Assembly: GCA_041736305.1 (NCBI GenBank)
Contig: JBGSTX010000053.1
Coordinates: 1 to 27,304 of the forward strand
Source: Oligoflexus sp.
GTDB lineage: Bacteria; Bdellovibrionota_B; Oligoflexia; Oligoflexales; Oligoflexaceae
Direction: 5' to 3'
DNA: 27,304 nucleotides
Shown: positions 1 to 7,410 of the stretch, in pieces
How the letters are laid out: each line of letters opens with the position of its first letter
Position numbering within the stretch: the first letter of the stretch is position 1
Made by a program: the position numbers and the translations under genes
Notes under the pieces: generated by a model
What the model saw: the letters and a program-made list of their open reading frames with translations, nothing else
The model's database searches: none
What the model was told of the DNA's origin: nothing

Positions 1-240
1 CGCAGTAAGCGGTTTTTCTTTCTCCTTAGATCCACTTACCTTTGCAATCAGCTGATCTATAGACTGCGGAGGAAGCGATGCCAAACTCCCCAAGCTCACG
101 GCTCGAGTTCTTCCTGAATCGGGAAGTTGAGCCGCCATAAAGTCAGAATTCAAAACAAATTCTGACGCAAAACCGGCGGTCCCATAGCAGCTTAGGCCAA
201 GCACAAGCGATATGTTTTTTTGCCAGGTGCGTATGCTCAT
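1..240 (-). CDS. Partial exported hypothetical protein (N-terminus only, runs off the left edge)
   Basis: Hand translation from ATG at 240 gives MSIRTWQKNISLVLGLSCYGTAGFA-SEFVLNSDF...KEKPLTA, open to position 1. The N-terminus resembles a signal peptide. An alternative in-frame ATG lies at 264. Not in the supplied ORF track. Confidence 0.6.
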   Translation of the reverse strand, partial: MSIRTWQKNISLVLGLSCYGTAGFASEFVLNSDFMAAQLPDSGRTRAVSLGSLASLPPQSIDQLIAKVSGSKEKEKPLTA

Positions 241-291
241 AGAACCCAATCCCACTGACCTCATTCGGAGTGAATGCAGGTCTCGTCTTAG

Positions 292-318
292 TCTTCGGCA
301 TTTTCCCCTCGTACTTAA
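292..318 (-). promoter_or_regulatory. sigma28 (FliA)-like promoter
   Basis: Minus strand TTAA-N15-GCCGAAGA versus consensus TAAA-N15-GCCGATAA, upstream of the 1..240 ORF. Confidence 0.4.
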
Positions 319-456
319 TAGCAAATACGGAGGGCATTTTCTGCCAGCCTACTCGGATATCAGAAACCATTCTACGAGCTCATTATTAAGAGAAGCTGAG
401 ACTGATGAAAAGGGGCTTTTTTAGGAAATTCCCAAAAAGAAGGGGCGGGGTATAGC

Positions 457-1074
457 TCAGTTAAAAACTTTTCTTAGGCTTTCTTGGAGGCTGCTCGGTA
501 ATGCAGGAAGAACGAGGAGTTCGAGCAGGGAAGATTTGCAGCGGTCTCTGGCAGCCAAGCCTAGATAGCTTTCCCAGCGCTCCAAAACCTGATGCGCTTC
601 AGCCAAACTTGAGGGTCGGCGGGCTTCGATCTCGATACAAGCCTGAAAACTCTGCTGGTAAGTCGCCCGATAAAAAACGACTTCAACGTCTTTGAAATAA
701 AACACCTGGACAGATTTAGCCAAAGTCCCGGACCATAGGATGCCAAGAGGTTTAAGAAAAGCATCTATTGCCGCAGCCTGATTTCCCCGTCTGACATCAA
801 GGGCGAGATTAACTTCGGTTCTCGCCTCATTATCGCCAGCTAGACTTTTGAAAGTAAGCTCTTGCAGCTTAGAATCGATCCGGTGCCTAAAGACACCTGC
901 TGGCAAACTGCCGGTCAGATAATACGTATCGCTCACTTCAGTGGTATAGGCCTCGGAGGGTCCTCGGGCTTTTAACTTCTCGAGAAGAACTGTTTCATCG
1001 TAGTCAAAAGGTACGAGAAACTTATGCTCGATCTCGAGAAATTGAAGCGCTGAGGATGAGGACAGGTCAGTCAT
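457..1074 (-). CDS. CYTH-domain (triphosphate tunnel metalloenzyme) protein, divergent
   Basis: ExExK motif (EIEHKF), DTYY, FRHR, LTFKS, IEIE and SLLEL appear in CYTH order. ATGA overlap with the upstream gene. Confidence 0.75.
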   Translation of the reverse strand: MTDLSSSSALQFLEIEHKFLVPFDYDETVLLEKLKARGPSEAYTTEVSDTYYLTGSLPAGVFRHRIDSKLQELTFKSLAGDNEARTEVNLALDVRRGNQAAAIDAFLKPLGILWSGTLAKSVQVFYFKDVEVVFYRATYQQSFQACIEIEARRPSSLAEAHQVLERWESYLGLAARDRCKSSLLELLVLPALPSSLQESLRKVFN

Positions 1075-2507
1075 TGAATCGTCTGTATTGTGAAGAGATT
1101 ACTTGCCTCTTTGCCAACTGACGAGAGCGTTATCGAAACAAAGACATATCGATTGCCGTCGGTGAGCCATGTTCTGCGCGTCATAAGATTGTTGATGATG
1201 GGGAAAACTTGCTCAATATCAGGCGCTTCATCCAACAGTATGCCCATGACCCCGCGAACAAGTCGCAGTCGACGGACGACTTCGGGTGACATCGTTACAG
1301 CAATAACTGGCGTCCGCACCCCATACGAAGAAAGATGCAAGGCGGTATTTCCAGCTTTAGTTAGGCAGACGATGGCCTTCGCCTGATTACGATAGGCAGC
1401 CTTATATGCAGCAAAGGTGACGGCTTCAATCTCATTAGTGATGTCAGGATTCTTTTTGAGCCAGTTGAGATCTAGATCGTTTGGCGTCGACTCGGCGTCT
1501 TCGATGGTTTTGATAGCCAAAGAAAGGCCGCGTTCAGCATAGCGTCCGTAGGCAAGATCCTCAGAGAGGACAACGGCATCGGCCCCATCAAACACCGCGT
1601 TGGCGATGTCAGACACCTCAGCCCGGGTCGGAGTTGCGTTGTGACGCATAGATCCTAGCATCTCGCTTGCTACCAAAGTCATCTTAGCGAAATCATTGCA
1701 TTTTTGTATTGTTTCTTTAGTCACCATAGGGACCAGCGCGGGGTCCATCTGCATGGCCAAATCAACTCTAGATATCACTACGCCTTTGACGAAGGGCAGC
1801 AACTCATCAAGATTATTAAGGGTCGTACGATTGGCAACTTTCAGAAGCAACCAGGGACAGCTCGGCTGGGATTCTAGCCGACGGGTGATCTTTTCAAGAT
1901 CAGCTGGCTCCTCGATCGAAGGCAGAATGAGATAATCAATATCAGCATCGCCTGCCGCTCTCCAGGTTTCCTCTGGAATATCATCTACTTTGACAGCTCT
2001 AAGAGTAGCTGGGCATTGGATGTCGGCATCTGGATAGACCATTCCACCTTGGACTACTTCAAGCGTGACCTCATCGCGGCCTACTTTTTTAGTCTTCAGG
2101 ACGACCATGCCTTTACCAAGATAGACAGAATGATCGGCAGCGAAGAGTTCTTGCCATTCATCCGTTCGGATGCGGAAGTCTCCCTTACCATTGGCAGGGG
2201 TCATGGTGATCTCTTCACCGAACTTGAGATCACGAGGACTTTCGAGGTCTACAACGCAGCCACGCGTATGTTCGTGCAAATCGACGAGTAGAGGAAGTTG
2301 CTCTTTAGCGAGAGGGACTTCGCGTTTAATACGTCGGCAGTACTGGACCACCTGATCGAGATCGCCCCGTCCTGATACGATACGTATAGCATCAACTTTA
2401 TTAGGATCGATCTTCTTCATCAGTTCATCTGTAAGGCACGAACTATCGAAAGACCAAACCACGTGGGTTCTGCGCATGCGGTTGACCATAAGTGAAACAT
2501 TCTCCAT
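1071..2507 (-). CDS. Pyruvate kinase family protein with degenerate active site (possible pseudo-enzyme)
   Basis: PTRAEVSDIANAVFDGADAVVLS, full A/B/C domain length and a C-domain with AIVCLTKAGNTA...LRLVRGV. Several catalytic motifs are altered (see findings). Confidence 0.9.
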   Translation of the reverse strand: MENVSLMVNRMRRTHVVWSFDSSCLTDELMKKIDPNKVDAIRIVSGRGDLDQVVQYCRRIKREVPLAKEQLPLLVDLHEHTRGCVVDLESPRDLKFGEEITMTPANGKGDFRIRTDEWQELFAADHSVYLGKGMVVLKTKKVGRDEVTLEVVQGGMVYPDADIQCPATLRAVKVDDIPEETWRAAGDADIDYLILPSIEEPADLEKITRRLESQPSCPWLLLKVANRTTLNNLDELLPFVKGVVISRVDLAMQMDPALVPMVTKETIQKCNDFAKMTLVASEMLGSMRHNATPTRAEVSDIANAVFDGADAVVLSEDLAYGRYAERGLSLAIKTIEDAESTPNDLDLNWLKKNPDITNEIEAVTFAAYKAAYRNQAKAIVCLTKAGNTALHLSSYGVRTPVIAVTMSPEVVRRLRLVRGVMGILLDEAPDIEQVFPIINNLMTRRTWLTDGNRYVFVSITLSSVGKEASNLFTIQTIQ

Positions 2508-2580
2508 CGAGACCGGGCAAAGGGGTTTTCGAAGTTTTCTTTTTAAGAGAACTTCTAGGAGCTAAGTTCACCGATCCTGT

Positions 2581-3444
2581 TTAAGTCTTCGGTGAATTCA
2601 GCTTTTCTCCCATGCGTACTGGTCGACTTGACCAAGCTTGGTCCATACGATAGCGTTTTGCCAAGGTCTCGTCAAAAGCAATAATCACCGTCGAACCTAG
2701 CATAAAGGTCCCGAGCTCATCACCTGGAACAAGAGCTGCAGAATGCTCGAGGGTAAAGCTCTGGGGTCCGTCCAGAGCCAATTTGTGGCGTCCTCGATTG
2801 CTTGCGAAATCTTCCAGAAAAGGCGTAGTCATCCGCCCCACGTTTAAGGCTCCGACCATCGCGAGATAAAGTGTCCCTTCGCCGGTTTCAAGGTCGAAGA
2901 CCAATCTTTCATTCCGCGTAAAGAGACGAGGGGTCCATCGGACTGAAGGCTTATTGACAGGCCAAAGTTCTCCGGGAAAATAACGCAAGTTGCGGAGAGT
3001 TCCACGGACGGGACTATGAACTCGATGATAGTTGTGTGGGGCTAGATATATTGTGGCTGAATAGGCCAAATGCACCGAAGATGGGGCCTTAGACCCAAAC
3101 ATTAGCTCTGAGAGTGAGTAGGTCAAGCCTTTTGCCTGCACAGCAGTATTATTGACTGCAGGCCCCGCTACACTCAGGATCCCGTCAGCCGGACTGCAGG
3201 GTTCGCTTTCTATGGGCCGCAGTCCATCCTTAAGCTTGCGAGTAAATAGGTCCTGGACTGAAGCATAGGCTTCGAGCTGGTGTTCGGCTTCGCTCATATC
3301 GATTCGAAAAGTCCGGGCAAAACTCGAACAAAGGAGCCTATTCAGGGGAGCCGGCAGTTTAATCTGCGACACCGACCCTGCAACGCTGCTGGCAATATTA
3401 AGGGGAACAATGCGCCCTATCCCGTCAAACACCTTCGATCGCAT
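2581..3444 (-). CDS. psd: Phosphatidylserine decarboxylase proenzyme
   Basis: FTRKLK, SPADG, YLAPHNYHRVHSP, RNER, VGALNVG and the LGST self-cleavage motif. ATG 3444 is preceded by AGGAG, so it is preferred over the TTG at 3477. Confidence 0.95.
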   Translation of the reverse strand: MRSKVFDGIGRIVPLNIASSVAGSVSQIKLPAPLNRLLCSSFARTFRIDMSEAEHQLEAYASVQDLFTRKLKDGLRPIESEPCSPADGILSVAGPAVNNTAVQAKGLTYSLSELMFGSKAPSSVHLAYSATIYLAPHNYHRVHSPVRGTLRNLRYFPGELWPVNKPSVRWTPRLFTRNERLVFDLETGEGTLYLAMVGALNVGRMTTPFLEDFASNRGRHKLALDGPQSFTLEHSAALVPGDELGTFMLGSTVIIAFDETLAKRYRMDQAWSSRPVRMGEKLNSPKT

Positions 3445-3593
3445 CGGCTTATCTCCTAAAGCAAGTCCAAGAGGCAATTTATCGACCTGGACCGTAATAC
3501 TCCAGCCATACCATAGGACGCGCCAGCGTCTGAGGCTTGGCTGGTGATATAGGGGCCACTGCTATCTCCCAGATCGGAGATACTCTTCAAAAT

Positions 3594-3622
3594 GGGTGCC
3601 GGTCTATTCCCGGCTGTCACCC
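3594..3622 (-). other. Bulged GC-rich hairpin at the 3' end of the omegaRNA (possible terminator or processing element)
   Basis: GGGT-GACA-GCCGG-GAATAGA-CCGGC-ACCC followed by ATTTTG. Confidence 0.5.
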
Positions 3623-3629
3623 GTAAAGG

Positions 3630-3885
3630 CGGCATTTCTGCCGTAGATTCTCTTCGTCAATGTTAGCCGGTGGTTTTTAGAGAAAGCACTGTCCCTACCC
3701 ATCAGGACTGTTTAGCCGTCTCTCGCAGAGCCTGGGACTAGAGAAGTATCCCAAGGTGCCTATATCATTCACCAGTAACGTAGCCCTGTTGCCAGGACTG
3801 AGACTAATCAACCAAGAGCTTAGAAATTTGCTTCCTCCTTTCCAAGCCCTACCCATACCCGTCAGGGTTGGGTGGGGTGATTGAC
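3630..3885 (-). ncRNA. HEARO / omegaRNA (IscB-type OMEGA guide RNA scaffold), orphan
   Basis: The minus strand has the family landmarks in order: GTCAATCACCCC, GGGCTTG, AAGCTC, GGTTGATTAG, CTACGTT, ATAGGCACCTTGGGATACTTCTCTAGTCCCAGGCTCTGCG, TAAACAG...AGTGC, AAAACC, AACATTGACGAAGAG, and a terminal CGGCA-GAAA-TGCCG hairpin. The helices pair. Confidence 0.85.
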
Positions 3886-3891
3886 CAGAAT

Positions 3892-5301
3892 TCAATGCAC
3901 TTCTAAACTTGCGCCTAAAGAAGACAAGCCATCCATACGCGAAATATTTTGGGCAAGGTAATCTTCGAACACAAGCTGTGCCTCCGCCGCCTGGGCCGCT
4001 CGACGTTCCACCTTGCTTTGACCACGGCGTTTCGGAAGGCTAGGCAAGAGGCCCAAGTGGGCATTCATAGGTTGAAAGTCGCCAAGACCGCCTCCCGTAA
4101 CGTAAGCCGCCAGCGCACCTAAGATGGTGCCTCGAGGTGGAAGGTTCCAGTCTTGTCCCGTGAGCCGAGTGCTGGCTAATCTACCGACCAAGAGGCCTAT
4201 AGCTGCGGATTCAACATAACCCTCCACGCCGGTAATCTGTCCAGCCAGATACACATGCGGTGCTTCTCTGAAAGAGAAATCAGCCTGAAGGACTTCAGGG
4301 CTCTTCAGATAGGTGTTGCGATGCACAGAGCCGTAGCGAAAAAATTCGACTTCAGCGAGCCCCGGTAGCATGGAAAAAATTCGCTTTTGCTCGGGCCATT
4401 TCATTTTGGTCTGAAAGCCGACCATCGAAACCATCGTTTCCTCGCGGTTTTCCATCCTCAGCTGAACCGCAGCCCAAGGTCGCTGACCGGTTCGAGGATC
4501 GATAAGCCCCATAGGTTTCATAGGCCCGAAACGCAGGGTTTCACGGCCCCTTTCAATCATAACTTCGATCGGCAGGCAGGACTCAAAGTAGCGAACGTCT
4601 TCAAATTCATGAAGAGGCATTTTTTCCGCCGCAATTACTGCATCGATAAAACGTTCGTACTCCTCCTTATTAAGGGGAACGTTGAGATAATCACCAGGCC
4701 CTTCATCATAACGACTTGCTTTGAAGACCTGTTTAAGATCTATCGAATCAGCTGCCAAAATAGGCGCAATCGCATCATAAAAGTGCAGGCTCTTCTGGCC
4801 ACGACTTAAACCCTGGAGGCTTGTGCTCAGGCCAGCAGATGTTAAAGGTCCACTCGAAACGATCCAAATTTCGCCTGCTTCAGCAGCAGCAAGCTCAGTT
4901 GGCAACTCGATAATTTCTTCAGAAATCTTCTCGAATCCAGGATAAGCACTCAGCTTAGCTTCAATCAGCCGCGAGAAGGCCAGACGTTCAACGGCTAGTG
5001 CTTGTCCAGCCGGGACAGAGCTCGCCTGAGCTGCTTGTATGATCAGTGAGTCAAGAGCTAGCATCTCCTGTTTCAAGAGGCCAGGAGCTGAGTCCGGATT
5101 TACAGACTTGAGAGAGTTGGAGCAAACTAGCTCCGCTAAATCCCCTGTTTGGTGAGCTGCGGTCATTTTTTGCGGCCGCATTTCATAGAGACGGACGCGG
5201 AGTCCACTTCGCAAAGCTTGCCAAGCAGCTTCGCAGCCAGCTAAACCACCTCCCACAATATTTACCAAAGTTCCGCGCTTCATCGCCTCTTCCTTTGTCA
5301 T
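3892..5301 (-). CDS. trmFO: Methylenetetrahydrofolate-tRNA-(uracil-5-)-methyltransferase TrmFO
   Basis: GGGLAGCEAA FAD motif, ELVCSNS, FYDAIAP, FESCLPIE, FGPMKP, HRNTY and AGQITGVEGYVESAA. Confidence 0.97.
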   Translation of the reverse strand: MTKEEAMKRGTLVNIVGGGLAGCEAAWQALRSGLRVRLYEMRPQKMTAAHQTGDLAELVCSNSLKSVNPDSAPGLLKQEMLALDSLIIQAAQASSVPAGQALAVERLAFSRLIEAKLSAYPGFEKISEEIIELPTELAAAEAGEIWIVSSGPLTSAGLSTSLQGLSRGQKSLHFYDAIAPILAADSIDLKQVFKASRYDEGPGDYLNVPLNKEEYERFIDAVIAAEKMPLHEFEDVRYFESCLPIEVMIERGRETLRFGPMKPMGLIDPRTGQRPWAAVQLRMENREETMVSMVGFQTKMKWPEQKRIFSMLPGLAEVEFFRYGSVHRNTYLKSPEVLQADFSFREAPHVYLAGQITGVEGYVESAAIGLLVGRLASTRLTGQDWNLPPRGTILGALAAYVTGGGLGDFQPMNAHLGLLPSLPKRRGQSKVERRAAQAAEAQLVFEDYLAQNISRMDGLSSLGASLEVH

Positions 5302-5333
5302 ATTCGAACGTTCGCCCTTACCAGAGGTATTTG

Positions 5334-6086
5334 TTAGCCAGCGAAAGCCACTATTTTCGCAAATTCATGGGGATCTAAGGATGCACCCCCGACAAGGGCT
5401 CCGTCGACATCCGGCTGCTGCATCAAGCCTTTAATCAGTGAAGACTTCACGCTGCCTCCATAGAGGATCTTGCAACTCTCAGCCTTGGCACCAATTTTTT
5501 GCTTCAAAATGCCCCGAATGAAAGCATGAGCATCTTGAGCTTGCTGATCACTAGCGGTAAGCCCGGTACCAATCGCCCATACGGGTTCGTAGGCGAGTAC
5601 ATACTGAGCCGAAGAAGGGAGGGCCTCAAGAACCGGCCTAAGCTGCTTGCTCAGTACGGCCTCAGTTTGGGCGGCTTCGCGCTCAGCTCGCGTCTCGCCA
5701 ATGCAGATGATAGGAGTGATGCCATTTTCACAGGCGACCTTAGCTTTGGCTGCAACACTCACATCGGTTTCATTGAAATACTGGCGACGCTCGCTGTGCC
5801 CAATCAGCGTCCAGTTGATCCCTAAATCCTTGAGCATTGCCCAGGATATTTCACCGGTGAATGCACCTTCGGCCTTCTCGTGCATATTTTGTGCAGCAAT
5901 AATGAAACCGTCCGCACTGGCTAGCTCTCGGGCCTGCGGTAGAAAAGGGGCAGGAACCGCAAGCAGGACTTCCGCCCGATGGGGGCCTGCAGCTTTTAAT
6001 GAACGCGAAAGCTCCTGAAAATATCCCGGTACGTTCGAATTCAGTAGATTCATTTTCCAGTTGCCAGCAATCAGAGGTGTTCGCAT
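5334..6086 (-). CDS. tpiA: Triosephosphate isomerase
   Basis: AGNWKMN, IGHSERR, AYEPVWAIGTG, YGGSV and LVGGASL. Confidence 0.99.
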   Translation of the reverse strand: MRTPLIAGNWKMNLLNSNVPGYFQELSRSLKAAGPHRAEVLLAVPAPFLPQARELASADGFIIAAQNMHEKAEGAFTGEISWAMLKDLGINWTLIGHSERRQYFNETDVSVAAKAKVACENGITPIICIGETRAEREAAQTEAVLSKQLRPVLEALPSSAQYVLAYEPVWAIGTGLTASDQQAQDAHAFIRGILKQKIGAKAESCKILYGGSVKSSLIKGLMQQPDVDGALVGGASLDPHEFAKIVAFAG

Positions 6087-6103
6087 AGCTAGGCTACTCC
6101 TTT

Positions 6104-7291
6104 CTATTTCAATAGAACTTTGACACCAGGCAGAATCTTGCCTTCGAGAAATTCCAGCGAAGCACCACCGCCGGTCGATATGTGATCTATTTTTTCCGAG
6201 ACGCCTGCCTTATTAGCTGCTGCTACGCTATCGCCGCCGCCGATGACTGTGTAACCCGACGCCTTTGCCATAGCTTCTGCTATCCGGATCGAGCCCCTGG
6301 CAAATGGATCCCACTCAAAGACTCCCATAGGTCCATTCCAAAGGACCGTCTTCGAAAGAGCTATGATGTCTGTGAAACGTTTCCCAGTCCTAAGACCAAT
6401 ATCTAGCCCCATCAGGCCGCGGGGAATGGTTTTGCTGGGGACTTCAACCGGCGTCGCCGTAGCTTCAAAGCGATCGGCACAGATGTGATCCTCGGGAAGA
6501 ATGATCTCGACCTTCCGTGCTTCGGCGTTGCGATAAATCGATGCAACAAGATCCATTTTATCGGCTTCAACCCGCGAATCGCCAACGTCAATGCCCTGAT
6601 ATTTAAGGAAGGTGTAAGCCATAGCGCCCCCTATCAAGAGGTAGTTCGCTTGGTTCATCAGATTGAGGACTACCCCAATCTTATCGGAAACTTTGGAACC
6701 ACCCATAATCACCGTAAACGGTGCCTGAGGCTTCTTCTGCAGCGTAGAAAGCACTGAGATTTCCTGCTCGACAAGAAAGCCAGCAGCTCTCTTTTCAGGC
6801 GGGAAGAGTTCTGCGACCGCGACGACAGAAGCGTGAGCACGATGCAAGGTTCCAAACGCGTCATTCACGTAGCAATCAAAGCCTTGAGCCAGTTTGCTGG
6901 CAAAGTCTAGATCATTTTTGGTCTCACCTGGATGAAATCGGAGATTTTCAAAAAGTATGATCTGATTTCGATCGAGTTGATTGAGAACATGTTCAGCAGG
7001 TTCTTCGGTATAATCTTTGACGAAGGCGACGTCGCAGCCAAGAAGCTCCGCCAGTCGCGCTCCAACCGGCTCGAGGGAAAACTCAGGCATGACTTCACCA
7101 TCTGGCCGCCCTAGGTGAGACATGAGAGCTATTTTATGGGTTCGCTCAAGCAGGTATTTGAGAGTCGGGATAGCTGCGGTAATCCGCGTCTCGTCGGTGA
7201 TCTTGCCTTTTTTAATGGGAACGTTGAGGTCTAATCGAACTAGCACCTTTTTGTTGTTAATATCAAGATCGGCGAGTTTTCTTAGTTCCAT
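6104..7291 (-). CDS. pgk: Phosphoglycerate kinase
   Basis: RLDLNVP, SHLGRP, ENLRF, NDAFGTLHRAHAS, WNGPMGVFE, GGGDS and STGGGASLEFLEG. Confidence 0.99.
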   Translation of the reverse strand: MELRKLADLDINNKKVLVRLDLNVPIKKGKITDETRITAAIPTLKYLLERTHKIALMSHLGRPDGEVMPEFSLEPVGARLAELLGCDVAFVKDYTEEPAEHVLNQLDRNQIILFENLRFHPGETKNDLDFASKLAQGFDCYVNDAFGTLHRAHASVVAVAELFPPEKRAAGFLVEQEISVLSTLQKKPQAPFTVIMGGSKVSDKIGVVLNLMNQANYLLIGGAMAYTFLKYQGIDVGDSRVEADKMDLVASIYRNAEARKVEIILPEDHICADRFEATATPVEVPSKTIPRGLMGLDIGLRTGKRFTDIIALSKTVLWNGPMGVFEWDPFARGSIRIAEAMAKASGYTVIGGGDSVAAANKAGVSEKIDHISTGGGASLEFLEGKILPGVKVLLK

Positions 7292-7410
7292 CTCCGCTTC
7301 CTTTCCTAGAAATCACGAGCATTCTTATGACTAGTTGAAACGTCGGCCGCGAACGTTTAGACTCCAGCACCATACAAGGACAGGCAAACCTTGCAAGTGA
7401 AAGAGACCAT

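Noticed and set aside
142-166. Inverted repeat GTCAGAATT/AATTCTGAC containing a 10-nt match (TTGAATTCTG) to the putative omegaRNA guide
   Set aside because: The match is too short to distinguish from chance and lies inside a probable CDS.
143-424. ORFs 143..370 (-) and 212..424 (+)
   Set aside because: No recognisable features. The frame from ATG 240 to the edge, with a signal peptide, explains the region better.
3551-3890. tmRNA or RNase P RNA as the identity of the trmFO-psd gap
   Set aside because: There is no tRNA-like TTCGA...CCA end and no GAGGAAAGTCC. The HEARO landmarks fit much better.
3695-3895. 66-aa minus-strand ORF after trmFO
   Set aside because: It overlaps the omegaRNA scaffold, starts at TTG and has no IscB (PLMP/RuvC/HNH) motifs, so it is probably spurious.
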